Assembly: GCA_965287045.1 (NCBI GenBank)
Contig: OZ336872.1
Coordinates: forward strand, 136,152,001-136,216,000
DNA length: 64,000 nt
Source: Carcharhinus amblyrhynchos
Lineage: Eukaryota
Direction: 5' to 3'
Shown one piece after another: positions 11,101-26,100 of this stretch. A model generated the notes under the pieces. It was not told where the DNA came from, did not search any database, and saw nothing but the letters and a program-made list of their open reading frames with translations. How positions within the stretch are numbered: position 1 is the stretch's first letter; each line of letters begins with the position of its first letter. Made by a program: the position numbers and the translations under genes.

Positions 11101-14100
11101 TCCCTTATTTCCTGTCTTTGACCACATTAGTGCTGGTATCCCTTCTTCAACCTGGTAAACTTTCAAAGCCATGCTATGAGCCACTCCATACATGTGGTAC
11201 CAGAATCGCAAGCACTGAGCTCCTGTCATTTTGCATGGAGAACTGACCAGTTGCGCTCTGTCTCCTTCACGGCCGTCATTTCCTTCAATGTAGATGTAGT
11301 AACCACCTGGACACACAATTATGCTCACTGGTTAGAAACAAATCTTCTGCTCTTCCAAGCCCTACTGGTAAGATAAGCACCTCACATTGCCTACCTGCAG
11401 TGGTGTGGTCATAAGACGGGCCTGTGTGACTTGACGGTGTCGAACCACTGATGCGTTTCCAGTCCAAATTATCTGTTTTGGATTGAGTCCAATTGCACAG
11501 ACCAACATCAAAATTACAGTCCAATGCACAACCTGTGGGTTTCATACACAACAGTTATTTGCACCTTTAATACCCGCAGCGTTAACCAGAAATCAAAACA
11601 GGTAAAACCATCGCAAGGAAGTTCCATAGGAATCACAATCATCTCGACTGGAAACAGTTTCAAAGTTCTCCACACTTCCTTTCAAAGAATATCCAGGCCA
11701 ATATGACAGAGCAAATCAATGACAGAATTATTCAATTCATGCAAGAAAAGGCAGAACATCTTACATTCCTTATAACTGACATACTGGGTGTTGCGGCTCT
11801 GCCCACTGCACTTTGGTGATGAGATTCCTGTGTTGGAAATCATGTATATTCAATCACCAAATACAGTGCGCTAGGAGGATTTGGTAGCTTTTCATTGGGC
11901 ATTATGTGAATAGTCAAATAGACTTCCATTTTTATGAGTTACCCTGCCTCTGCAAAATTAACAAGTAGCCTCAGTAGCCCAGAAGAATTAGTCCTTTCTG
12001 TTGCAGATCCACACTACAACCATTCAGCACGAGATTGACTGAATCCTCCGTTCTCGTCCTAATGATGTTCCAGAAACATCACCCAAACGTACTCCAGGGA
12101 TCACGTTTCAATTGATGACCAGAAATGAACAAATATTTAAGAATTACTATTTCAAAAGAACCTGTGCTGAATATATATAAAAGAATGGTAAAAAGTGATG
12201 ACCTCAACATCAACAGAATAAGTCAACTATTCATGGACGTAGCTAATTATTAACAATGGGAATGTGTTTGGAAGGGAAATTGTGACTTATCCATATTACT
12301 CATTAGGAGTCACAGAATCACAGAGGTTTACAGCATGGAAACAGGCACTTCGGCCCAACTTGTCCATGCCGCCCTTTTGTTCAAACCCCTAAGCTAGTTC
12401 CAATTTCCCGCATTTGGCCCATATCCCTCTGTATCCATCTTACCCATGTAATGCTTTTTAAAAGGAAGCCTGAGAAATACAATAGTGGAAAAGAACAAGT
12501 CAAGATACGTGATATCAAACTTACTTTTCTCAACACAGCCACTCTGTTCCATCCAGTCTCCCAGAACAACACCAACTGCTTCACAGGCTGAAGCATATGA
12601 TGCCAGAGCATTGCACAGCAGCGCAGAATCTCCTCCAGTAGCACAGTGGTCATACACACAACTTTCAAAGTACAACTGAGGAGGAATATACCAGTGACAA
12701 TCTTTGAAAGGGCCACTGTTTGCCAAAATAATTTTGCAGTATTCCTCAGCCTCTTCATTTGATGATGGCTCACAGGTGGGTGGTGGTAGAATGGTTTCAT
12801 TACACCTGTGCAAGGAAAATCAAGTATAATTTCTGTCCTCAAGAAAGAAAGCTCTCATTTTAATTCATCATCCTCAAACGTCAATGGATAGGGATAGGTG
12901 CTGTCAAAATAGTTCCCTCACAATACATCCAAAGGCATGATGTTCTTCGATGATGCCTCTGTGATATTTCAATGTCATATATGTCAATAACAATACTGGA
13001 AAATTGGTTTCAAGTATTCACTGCAAACCACAGTGATTGAACACGACCAACAGCACATGCTCATGTGGACACTTACAGGAAATCCCGGACTTGCCATCGT
13101 GCAAATTAGTTGTTTTTACATCAATCGACTACTCCGCTTACTCTACTTACTGCCATAGCTCCCAACTCTGTGCAAAGGTCTTGCGAGTTACACTGCATTT
13201 ACCTTAATTCACAATACGGTGCAGGAAATACTCACAGCCAGTCATCATCAGGAACTCTCCAGCTGTTTCCAAACTGATTGGAATCCAGGGCTAAAGTTCC
13301 ATCAGGCTTCAAGAAGTCATCGAGCTGGTCATCAGTATAGGTACCACACAAGCCACACAGCTGTCCTCTGTATCTCTCATCCACCTTGACAAACAGTTCG
13401 GCATCGCCATTAAACTTCAGCTGAAGACCAAAGTCTGTCTGGACCGTGACAAATGATCCCTCCATTGATACTCTTACTGAAGAGTGGAGATTCACAGGGA
13501 GCTCAACCCTCACCCCATTCACCTAAACAAAACATTACCAAGATTAGTGATACGACAGTAACAAAGACAGGAACTACATTACATTCAACATTATATTCAT
13601 TCAGAAAACACCATCGATCAGAGGCATTACTCACATAAACAAGCTTATTTTTCCTCACAGCAATATGAAGGTCGTCAAGTCGCAAAGCAATGGAATTAAT
13701 AGCAGACCACGTTGGGCTGCCTCTGTGTTCATTTCTACTTGTCACAGAAAACTGAACGGGTGTGTTTCCACAAGTCTCAGTCACGGTATAATTGCAGGCA
13801 CCCTGGAAGTGGTACAGTTTCCTGTCAAATGTCGTGTAGTGTGGGTCTCCGTAAATGTGGCAGGTTGCAGTCTCTGCTCGATAACATCCCAAATTTCCAT
13901 CCTGCACTTTGCAAATTTCCTCTGCTCCACAAGATGCTGCTTCGCACGAGACCTGGTCATTTCCAGTGCACCGGCAACGCTTTAGACATCCCTCTTCCCA
14001 GAACATGGTCCCTTTCTGACAGACAAAGACTAAGTGTTATTTTCAAAATTGCTACATACTCCTCAGGTAAGCAGAAAGACGCACACACAAGGATCGAATG

Positions 14101-17100
14101 GCACCAAAACCACTGCCCGTACAACTTACTTCATAGTATTTGTTGTTGTAGACGCAGCCACAGTTCTCAACAGGCACACAGGAGCTTCCACTGAGAACAG
14201 TACCCATGTTACATTCACAGTCCTCCACACAGGGCTTGCTGCAGTTTTCCGGAGCAAAACGGTCTGAGCATGTGGCTGGACAAGCACTGCCACACGCATT
14301 GTAGTGGCTATTAACTGGACAGCTGACAGCTGAAAGCAAAGAAGGTACAAGAAAAGCTTTCAGGTTTCTGAGACTAGAAAATGCTTTCAATTATGAGACA
14401 ACTCAGAAGGAAGGAAAACACACACACACACGCACACACACTCTTATTGAATTCAACTGGATCAAAAGAATGGAAAATAGAAAAGCAAGCACATAAACAA
14501 ATTGAATTAAAAGAACTGGACAGCAAGTCTGTAACAAAATGAACAATATAACGCAATATCACAAAAACAGTGACTTTCTCAGGCACATGAAGGAAATATT
14601 AAAGCTAAAACAACAGGAGATAGCAAATACATACGACAGAAAGTGAAGTTTCTCCACGATGGAATGGTCACTCCTGCACTTTGACACGCTTCTGCATAGA
14701 TTTGGAGGGCATTGCACAGAGCATTTTGGCTTCCTGCCAACAGGCACAGTTCGACAACACAACTTTCAAAGTAACCAGTGGGATTTATTACAGAGTGGCA
14801 CTTTACAAATGGACCTTCTTGGCTGGTCATCAGGCCACAGAAATCATCGCTCTGGTACAGCTTCTCATCAGCAGGCGGACATTCCTCAGGGCTGCCTGGG
14901 TCACAACCTGGATCATCTGGTGGCACCTTCCAGCTATTTCCCAACTCATTCGAATCTTTGGCTTGCTCTCCATCAGGTTTCATGTAATCATCCTGCCTCA
15001 ATCCATTGTAGTTACCGCACATACCACAAGTCTGATTAAAATAACTACTCGGTACTTTCACTTCCACCGAATGATCAGTGTCATAGGAAACACTAAGCCC
15101 AAAGTCTGCCACCAGGACCACGTATCTTCCACTCCTACTCACACTCACGGTGCCATTCACTAGTGTCACTGGTAACGTCCTCCAAACTTCGTCAACCTGA
15201 GTGCAAGTTCCAATTGAGGAATGATTCAGAACAAATTCAGTTCAAAATGCAGAATTTCACAAAACACAACCTAGCAATAAGACACTTACCAATACACGAT
15301 GCGACTCACTCTTAACGATCCAAACAGTGTGGCCATGAACAGCTACTCGAACTTTTTGAACGTAAGACACTTTCGCATTGCCCCGATTTTCATTTTTCGC
15401 TTCGATGTCGAAGTATGGAAGAGATGAGGAATTTGTGCAAAGCTTGGCGATCGTATAGGTGCACGTCCCCATGAAGTGATGGGTCGCTTTGTCAAACGTA
15501 TTGTAGTGTGGGTCATTATGAACTCTGCAGATGCCATATGCATGTGGGTAGCAACCTGGAACTCCGTTTGCAACTCCGCAGAATGAATCCGTAGCACACC
15601 CTGAACTCCAGCACATTAGTTTACTGCCCTTCGAAGGACATCGACATTTCATTGAACATGTATCATCCGTCCAGAATTCAGATCCCACCGGGTAGTGTTT
15701 GTCTTCAGACCAACAGCCACACTGACTACTTGGCACACATCGGTCGTTGTAGAAAATATAACCACTGTCACACACACAGCCTTCTACACATGGCTGGGAG
15801 CAGCTGGAAGGAGCATTGGGATTGACACATGTAGCTGGACAGGCTGAGCCACACTGCTCATAGTGACTATTCACTGCACACTTCAAAGCTAGAAACGGAA
15901 TTCCAAAGATCACGCATTAATGACCTTGCCATTAAATCCCTGCCGTATAACATGAAATCCCAAATGGTTCAAACGGATCTCCACTAAGTACAATTTATAT
16001 ATCGAGCAATAAAGAATCAAATCACTTACGGCAGAAGGTCTCATTCCTCCAAGCTTCCACTCTCACTCCCTTCGACTGGCATGTATCTGCATAGGACTGC
16101 AAACTACTGCACAGAGACCCCGTATGCAAGTCTAATGCACACAGATCATACACACAGCCCCCAAAATAATCCATGGGGTCTACAACAGAATGGCATGCCT
16201 TGAAGGGACCACGTGAATCCACGATTATTCCACAGTAAGATTTACTTTCTATGATGTGCTTTTCATCATCAGTACAATTTGGTTCAATGCCAATGTCAGG
16301 AACACACCTGCAAAAACAGCAGCATCACCAATGAGAAATGGTTAAAGCTATAAATTTCTGCAAGTAAATGCCACCAAAAGCCTGCATTGATGAAGGAACA
16401 AAAGCAACCTGAACACTTTCATACAATGTACCTTGTATCATTGTGGGTTTGCCAGCTGTTTCCCAAGCTGATGGAATCGGGCTCCATCACTCCATCTGGA
16501 TTGAGGAAATCGTCTGTTCTGTCGTCGTTATAGTTCCCGCACATTCCACACACTTTCCCCTTGAAGACACTGCCAAGAGTTACCTCTGCTCGATGCATCC
16601 CATCAAACCTCACCCTCAGTCCAAAATTGGTACTAACAACTACATACTTTCCACTTAGGCCAACATCAACACCAGAAGCCAGTGACACAGGCAGCACCTC
16701 CACTTCTCCATCGACCTGGAGAGACACAAACATTGATCCACCCATTCTTCAAAAAAATGACCGTTCAACGTACTTGATAAAGAGATGAAAATATATCAAA
16801 CTCTTACCTTGACCACGTGTCCCTTCTCTAATGTTATTCTGTGACTGTAGACATTGACGTTGACATGTTTGACGTACGATACATAGGAATTCCCTGATCT
16901 GTGCTCATTTGCAGCTTCAACATTGAAATAGGGCAGATTACTGCTGGCGTCACAGAGTTTTGATAATGTATATGTGCATGTTCCCATGAAGTTGTGAGCT
17001 TGTTTGTCAAAGGTGTTGTAATGAGGATCACCTTGTACAGTGCAGGATGATTCTAAGAATTGTAAAACAAAGATCAATTGGTGGTACCACTGTACATCCA

Positions 17101-20100
17101 AGACTAAATTCAATTCTTTTACACTCCACCTCACTGCTCTTTACTTTTTCCACATGTTGACTACATTGTGACTGCTATCTTTTACTGACAAGATATTGTT
17201 GTCACTCGCTCACATCATTAAATCACTCAACTCCTTCTAAATGATTCCATCCTGCCAGGACTTATGCTTCTGTCATGAGCATTTCCCCATCCATTTCAGG
17301 CAACACAATCCTGAAAGGCTGGATTCCTCCTGCTGCTCCTTCAGTTTGTGCCAAGTAACAGGTCCACTGTTAAATGTACTAAACCTGCTTGATAACTGAA
17401 AAGCTCTTTGAGCAGATAAACAAGTGATACTCACAAGAGCACAGTCCAGCAACAACATCTACTAGACCATCCAAACATACTCATATCACACCAAATCTTC
17501 CATAAAGTCAATTTCAGTTAATAACCACAATTGGGACATTTGGCAAAATCTTTTGTTCTCCCTGCTGACAAGCTTAGAGGCAGGAAGGCATTGAAGTAAA
17601 CGGTTTTGTGGAGTATCGCAACCCTACTACCATCCCGCCTGCGTCAGAATTAATTTCTGGTGACAAGACCCATTATCATTTCTAAAAAGTGGAATGGCAT
17701 CTGTGATATTCCGATTCAATTAATCAAAACTGATTAATTGGTCAATACAAATATAGGATGGGTGAAAAAGTAGCCGTCTCTAATTGTCTACCACCAACTC
17801 AAAGTAAATGAGACTTGAATAAGAATAGCACAATCAATATCCCACATCACATGTCGGCTGCTTTCGTCTACCTGTTGTGTCAGGAGTCATGGTGCTGGTT
17901 GTAGTTGGAGTGCTCATTGTGGCTGTTGTATCACACATGTCTGCAGAGAAAACATGGTTAAAAAGTCAGAAGAAGCTCCATGTTGCAAACATAAGAACGT
18001 AAGAACATAAGAAATAGGAGCAGGAGTAGGCCATCTAGCCCTTCGAGCCTGCCCCGCCATTCAATAAGATCATGGCTGATCTGTCGTGGCTCAGTTCCAC
18101 TTTCCCGCCCTCTCCCCATAACCCTTAATCCCCTCTCTTATCAAAAACCCATCAACCCGCGTCTTAAAAATATTTAGCGAGGCAGCCTCCACCACTTCAA
18201 CGGGCAGAACAAATCAAGTCAACTTTCCACACTCACCCAATGTGGAAAAAGGAACAGGACAACATGTTATGAGGAGAGACAGGAAACACCAAAGCTAAAA
18301 CCAGTGCTGGCCACAGAGGGGGTGTTCCCTCTGTCTGGCAAATCTCAAACACAGGATCACAATCTTAGGGTAAGGTGTCAATCATTTTGGATTGTAATGA
18401 GAAGAAATTATCTTACTCTTGGAATTGTGAATCTTGCAATTCTCCATCCAAGAATGCTGTGGGCTTGCTATCGTTCAGTATACCTCAGGCCGACATAAAA
18501 GAAATTTGGAAATCTCAGGGAATCCAGGGAACCGTGGAGCAGCTTGGAAAGTAGAGCTGAGGCTGAAGATCAGCCATGATCACATGCAATGGACTAGCCG
18601 GATCAAGGGGCTGCACAGTCTGCTCCTGCTCCAATTGCTTAAGATCTCATCTTCATCAACGTTTAAGTCACATACCCAATGAATCACAATATACATCAGA
18701 AAACTAGACATGTCTACAAACCTCCACAACATCCAGTATGAAAGGAGATGTCATCCACAGCAATGTCACTGCGATAGTCATTGCCCCGGACTGCTTCAAT
18801 GAGGATCTGTAAGAGAAAGCATCAAAATATCAGCACGCAGCAGATAGCAACAGCAAGTCAAACAAAACAATTTCAGATCTCCTTTTCAGTAACACTGGGG
18901 AACAGGGTAAATAATCAATTCATTATTTTCTTGATACAACCACAGTTATCTCCTCTGATTTAAAATTAACAAGTTCAACTTTATTTGAAGATATAGAATC
19001 TTTATTGGATTTCCGGCTGTTGTTGCAAATTGCCCGAGTTCATCACATAACAAACACCAAAAACAATCACACAAATATTTTTCAGATAGTTTACCTGAGA
19101 ATTTCCTGAGAGCTGCAGGCCCACTTCTCCTGCGATCCATTTGTTTCCCTTATTTCCTGTCTTTGACCACATTAGTGCTGGTATCCCTTCTTCAACCTGG
19201 TAAACTTTCAAAGCCATGCTATGAGCCACTCCATACATGTGGTACCAGAATCGCAAGCACTGAGCTCCTGTCATTTTGCATGGAGAACTGACCAGTTGCG
19301 CTCTGTCTCCTTCACGGCCGTCATTTCCTTCAATGTAGATGTAGTAACCACCTGGACACACAATTATGCTCACTGGTTAGAAACAAATCTTCTGCTCTTC
19401 CAAGCCCTACTGGTAAGATAAGCACCTCACATTGCCTACCTGCAGTGGTGTGGTCATAAGACGGGCCTGTGTGACTTGACGGTGTCGAACCACTGATGCG
19501 TTTCCAGTCCAAATTATCTGTTTTGGATTGAGTCCAATTGCACAGACCAACATCAAAATTACAGTCCAATGCACAACCTGTGGGTTTCATACACAACAGT
19601 TATTTGCACCTTTAATACCCGCAGCGTTAACCAGAAATCAAAACAGGTAAAACCATCGCAAGGAAGTTCCATAGGAATCACAATCATCTCGACTGGAAAC
19701 AGTTTCAAAGTTCTCCACACTTCCTTTCAAAGAATATCCAGGCCAATATGACAGAGCAAATCAATGACAGAATTATTCAATTCATGCAAGAAAAGGCAGA
19801 ACATCTTACATTCCTTATAACTGACATACTGGGTGTTGCGGCTCTGCCCACTGCACTTTGGTGATGAGATTCCTGTGTTGGAAATCATGTATATTCAATC
19901 ACCAAATACAGTGCGCTAGGAGGATTTGGTAGCTTTTCATTGGGCATTATGTGAATAGTCAAATAGACTTCCATTTTTATGAGTTACCCTGCCTCTGCAA
20001 AATTAACAAGTAGCCTCAGTAGCCCAGAAGAATTAGTCCTTTCTGTTGCAGATCCACACTACAACCATTCAGCACGAGATTGACTGAATCCTCCGTTCTC

Positions 20101-23100
20101 ATCCTAATGATGTTCCAGAAACATCACCCAAACGTACTCCAGGGATCACGTTTCAATTGATGACCAGAAATGAACAAATATTTAAGAATTACTATTTCAA
20201 AAGAACCTGTGCTGAATATATATAAAAGAATGGTAAAAAGTGATGACCTCAACATCAACAGAATAAGTCAACTATTCATGGACGTAGCTAATTATTAACA
20301 ATGGGAATGTGTTTGGAAGGGAAATTGTGACTTATCCATATTACTCATTAGGAGTCACAGAATCACAGAGGTTTACAGCATGGAAACAGGCACTTCGGCC
20401 CAACTTGTCCATGCCGCCCTTTTGTTCAAACCCCTAAGCTAGTTCCAATTTCCCGCATTTGGCCCATATCCCTCTGTATCCATCTTACCCATGTAATGCT
20501 TTTTAAAAGGAAGCCTGAGAAATACAATAGTGGAAAAGAACAAGTCAAGATACGTGATATCAAACTTACTTTTCTCAACACAGCCACTCTGTTCCATCCA
20601 GTCTCCCAGAACAACACCAACTGCTTCACAGGCTGAAGCATATGATGCCAGAGCATTGCACAGCAGCGCAGAATCTCCTCCAGTAGCACAGTGGTCATAC
20701 ACACAACTTTCAAAGTACAACTGAGGAGGAATATACCAGTGACAATCTTTGAAAGGGCCACTGTTTGCCAAAATAATTTTGCAGTATTCCTCAGCCTCTT
20801 CATTTGATGATGGCTCACAGGTGGGTGGTGGTAGAATGGTTTCATTACACCTGTGCAAGGAAAATCAAGTATAATTTCTGTCCTCAAGAAAGAAAGCTCT
20901 CATTTTAATTCATCATCCTCAAACGTCAATGGATAGGGATAGGTGCTGTCAAAATAGCTCCCTCACAATACATCCAAAGGCATGATGTTCTTCGATGATG
21001 CCTCTGTGATATTTCAATGTCATATATGTCAATAACAATACTGGAAAATTGGTTTCAAGTATTCACTGCAAACCACAGTGATTGAACACGACCAACAGCA
21101 CATGCTCATGTGGACACTTACAGGAAATCCCGGACTTGCCATCGTGCAAATTAGTTGTTTTTACATCAATCGACTACTCCGCTTACTCTACTTACTGCCA
21201 TAGCTCCCAACTCTGTGCAAAGGTCTTGCGAGTTACACTGCATTTACCTTAATTCACAATACGGTGCAGGAAATACTCACAGCCAGTCATCATCAGGAAC
21301 TCTCCAGCTGTTTCCAAACTGATTGGAATCCAGGGCTAAAGTTCCATCAGGCTTCAAGAAGTCATCGAGCTGGTCATCAGTATAGGTACCACACAAGCCA
21401 CACAGCTGTCCTCTGTATCTCTCATCCACCTTGACAAACAGTTCGGCATCGCCATTAAACTTCAGCTGAAGACCAAAGTCTGTCTGGACCGTGACAAATG
21501 ATCCCTCCATTGATACTCTTACTGAAGAGTGGAGATTCACAGGGAGCTCAACCCTCACCCCATTCACCTAAACAAAACATTACCAAGATTAGTGATACGA
21601 CAGTAACAAAGACAGGAACTACATTACATTCAACATTATATTCATTCAGAAAACACCATCGATCAGAGGCATTACTCACATAAACAAGCTTATTTTTCCT
21701 CACAGCAATATGAAGGTCGTCAAGTCGCAAAGCAATGGAATTAATAGCAGACCACGTTGGGCTGCCTCTGTGTTCATTTCTACTTGTCACAGAAAACTGA
21801 ACGGGTGTGTTTCCACAAGTCTCAGTCACGGTATAATTGCAGGCACCCTGGAAGTGGTACAGTTTCCTGTCAAATGTCGTGTAGTGTGGGTCTCCGTAAA
21901 TGTGGCAGGTTGCAGTCTCTGCTCGATAACATCCCAAATTTCCATCCTGCACTTTGCAAATTTCCTCTGCTCCACAAGATGCTGCTTCGCACGAGACCTG
22001 GTCATTTCCAGTGCACCGGCAACGCTTTAGACATCCCTCTTCCCAGAACATGGTCCCTTTCTGACAGACAAAGACTAAGTGTTATTTTCAAAATTGCTAC
22101 ATACTCCTCAGGTAAGCAGAAAGACGCACACACAAGGATCGAATGGCACCAAAACCACTGCCCGTACAACTTACTTCATAGTATTTGTTGTTGTAGACGC
22201 AGCCACAGTTCTCAACAGGCACACAGGAGCTTCCACTGAGAACAGTACCCATGTTACATTCACAGTCCTCCACACAGGGCTTGCTGCAGTTTTCCGGAGC
22301 AAAACGGTCTGAGCATGTGGCTGGACAAGCACTGCCACACGCATTGTAGTGGCTATTAACTGGACAGCTGACAGCTGAAAGCAAAGAAGGTACAAGAAAA
22401 GCTTTCAGGTTTCTGAGACTAGAAAATGCTTTCAATTATGAGACAACTCAGAAGGAAGGAAAACACACACACACACGCACACACACTCTTATTGAATTCA
22501 ACTGGATCAAAAGAATGGAAAATAGAAAAGCAAGCACATAAACAAATTGAATTAAAAGAACTGGACAGCAAGTCTGTAACAAAATGAACAATATAACGCA
22601 ATATCACAAAAACAGTGACTTTCTCAGGCACATGAAGGAAATATTAAAGCTAAAACAACAGGAGATAGCAAATACATACGACAGAAAGTGAAGTTTCTCC
22701 ACGATGGAATGGTCACTCCTGCACTTTGACACGCTTCTGCATAGATTTGGAGGGCATTGCACAGAGCATTTTGGCTTCCTGCCAACAGGCACAGTTCGAC
22801 AACACAACTTTCAAAGTAACCAGTGGGATTTATTACAGAGTGGCACTTTACAAATGGACCTTCTTGGCTGGTCATCAGGCCACAGAAATCATCGCTCTGG
22901 TACAGCTTCTCATCAGCAGGCGGACATTCCTCAGGGCTGCCTGGGTCACAACCTGGATCATCTGGTGGCACCTTCCAGCTATTTCCCAACTCATTCGAAT
23001 CTTTGGCTTGCTCTCCATCAGGTTTCATGTAATCATCCTGCCTCAATCCATTGTAGTTACCGCACATACCACAAGTCTGATTAAAATAACTACTCGGTAC

Positions 23101-26100
23101 TTTCACTTCCACCGAATGATCAGTGTCATAGGAAACACTAAGCCCAAAGTCTGCCACCAGGACCACGTATCTTCCACTCCTACTCACACTCACGGTGCCA
23201 TTCACTAGTGTCACTGGTAACGTCCTCCAAACTTCGTCAACCTGAGTGCAAGTTCCAATTGAGGAATGATTCAGAACAAATTCAGTTCAAAATGCAGAAT
23301 TTCACAAAACACAACCTAGCAATAAGACACTTACCAATACACGATGCGACTCACTCTTAACGATCCAAACAGTGTGGCCATGAACAGCTACTCGAACTTT
23401 TTGAACGTAAGACACTTTCGCATTGCCCCGATTTTCATTTTTCGCTTCGATGTCGAAGTATGGAAGAGATGAGGAATTTGTGCAAAGCTTGGCGATCGTA
23501 TAGGTGCACGTCCCCATGAAGTGATGGGTCGCTTTGTCAAACGTATTGTAGTGTGGGTCATTATGAACTCTGCAGATGCCATATGCATGTGGGTAGCAAC
23601 CTGGAACTCCGTTTGCAACTCCGCAGAATGAATCCGTAGCACACCCTGAACTCCAGCACATTAGTTTACTGCCCTTCGAAGGACATCGACATTTCATTGA
23701 ACATGTATCATCCGTCCAGAATTCAGATCCCACCGGGTAGTGTTTGTCTTCAGACCAACAGCCACACTGACTACTTGGCACACATCGGTCGTTGTAGAAA
23801 ATATAACCACTGTCACACACACAGCCTTCTACACATGGCTGGGAGCAGCTGGAAGGAGCATTGGGATTGACACATGTAGCTGGACAGGCTGAGCCACACT
23901 GCTCATAGTGACTATTCACTGCACACTTCAAAGCTAGAAACGGAATTCCAAAGATCACGCATTAATGACCTTGCCATTAAATCCCTGCCGTATAACATGA
24001 AATCCCAAATGGTTCAAACGGATCTCCACTAAGTACAATTTATATATCGAGCAATAAAGAATCAAATCACTTACGGCAGAAGGTCTCATTCCTCCAAGCT
24101 TCCACTCTCACTCCCTTCGACTGGCATGTATCTGCATAGGACTGCAAACTACTGCACAGAGACCCCGTATGCAAGTCTAATGCACACAGATCATACACAC
24201 AGCCCCCAAAATAATCCATGGGGTCTACAACAGAATGGCATGCCTTGAAGGGACCACGTGAATCCACGATTATTCCACAGTAAGATTTACTTTCTATGAT
24301 GTGCTTTTCATCATCAGTACAATTTGGTTCAATGCCAATGTCAGGAACACACCTGCAAAAACAGCAGCATCACCAATGAGAAATGGTTAAAGCTATAAAT
24401 TTCTGCAAGTAAATGCCACCAAAAGCCTGCATTGATGAAGGAACAAAAGCAACCTGAACACTTTCATACAATGTACCTTGTATCATTGTGGGTTTGCCAG
24501 CTGTTTCCCAAGCTGATGGAATCGGGCTCCATCACTCCATCTGGATTGAGGAAATCGTCTGTTCTGTCGTCGTTATAGTTCCCGCACATTCCACACACTT
24601 TCCCCTTGAAGACACTGCCAAGAGTTACCTCTGCTCGATGCATCCCATCAAACCTCACCCTCAGTCCAAAATTGGTACTAACAACTACATACTTTCCACT
24701 TAGGCCAACATCAACACCAGAAGCCAGTGACACAGGCAGCACCTCCACTTCTCCATCGACCTGGAGAGACACAAACATTGATCCACCCATTCTTCAAAAA
24801 AATGACCGTTCAACGTACTTGATAAAGAGATGAAAATATATCAAACTCTTACCTTGACCACGTGTCCCTTCTCTAATGTTATTCTGTGACTGTAGACATT
24901 GACGTTGACATGTTTGACGTACGATACATAGGAATTCCCTGATCTGTGCTCATTTGCAGCTTCAACATTGAAATAGGGCAGATTACTGCTGGCGTCACAG
25001 AGTTTTGATAATGTATATGTGCATGTTCCCATGAAGTTGTGAGCTTGTTTGTCAAAGGTGTTGTAATGAGGATCACCTTGTACAGTGCAGGATGATTCTA
25101 AGAATTGTAAAACAAAGATCAATTGGTGGTACCACTGTACATCCAAGACTAAATTCAATTCTTTTACACTCCACCTCACTGCTCTTTACTTTTTCCACAT
25201 GTTGACTACATTGTGACTGCTATCTTTTACTGACAAGATATTGTTGTCACTCGCTCACATCATTAAATCACTCAACTCCTTCTAAATGATTCCATCCTGC
25301 CAGGACTTATGCTTCTGTCATGAGCATTTCCCCATCCATTTCAGGCAACACAATCCTGAAAGGCTGGATTCCTCCTGCTGCTCCTTCAGTTTGTGCCATG
25401 TAACAGGTCCACTGTTAAATGTACTAAACCTGCTTGATAACTGAAAAGCTCTTTGAGCAGATAAACAAGTGATACTCACAAGAGCACAGTCCAGCAACAA
25501 CATCTACTAGACCATCCAAACATACTCATATCACACCAAATCTTCCATAAAGTCAATTTCAGTTAATAACCACAATTGGGACATTTGGCAAAATCTTTTG
25601 TTCTCCCTGCTGACAAGCTTAGAGGCAGGAAGGCATTGAAGTAAACGGTTTTGTGGAGTATCGCAACCCTACTACCATCCCGCCTGCGTCAGAATTAATT
25701 TCTGGTGACAAGACCCATTATCATTTCTAAAAAGTGGAATGGCATCTGTGATATTCCGATTCAATTAATCAAAACTGATTAATTGGTCAATACAAATATA
25801 GGATGGGTGAAAAAGTAGCCGTCTCTAATTGTCTACCACCAACTCAAAGTAAATGAGACTTGAATAAGAATAGCACAATCAATATCCCACATCACATGTC
25901 GGCTGTTTTCGTCTACCTGTTGTGTCAGGAGTCATGGTGCTGGTTGTAGTTGGAGTGCTCATTGTGGCTGTTGTATCACACATGTCTGCAGAGAAAACAT
26001 GGTTAAAAAGTCAGAAGAAGCTCCATGTTGCAAACATAAGAACGTAAGAACATAAGAAATAGGAGCAGGAGTAGGCCATCTAGCCCTTCGAGCCTGCCCC

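Noticed and set aside
11785-11827. Candidate 43-nt exon (CACAG|GAATCTCA...CCCA|GTATGT; [13 protein letters not shown])
   Set aside because: Not a multiple of 3, and flanking exons already join in phase 1 without it; would need RNA evidence.
13665-15163. Plus-strand ORFs of 100-160 aa recurring in every unit
   Set aside because: Antisense shadows of Cys-rich exons; recurrence reflects the DNA repeat only.
17717-17740. Perfect 10-bp hairpin CAATTAATCA-AAAC-TGATTAATTG near the linker exon
   Set aside because: AT-rich, short and imperfect in both terminal paralogs; no evidence of function.
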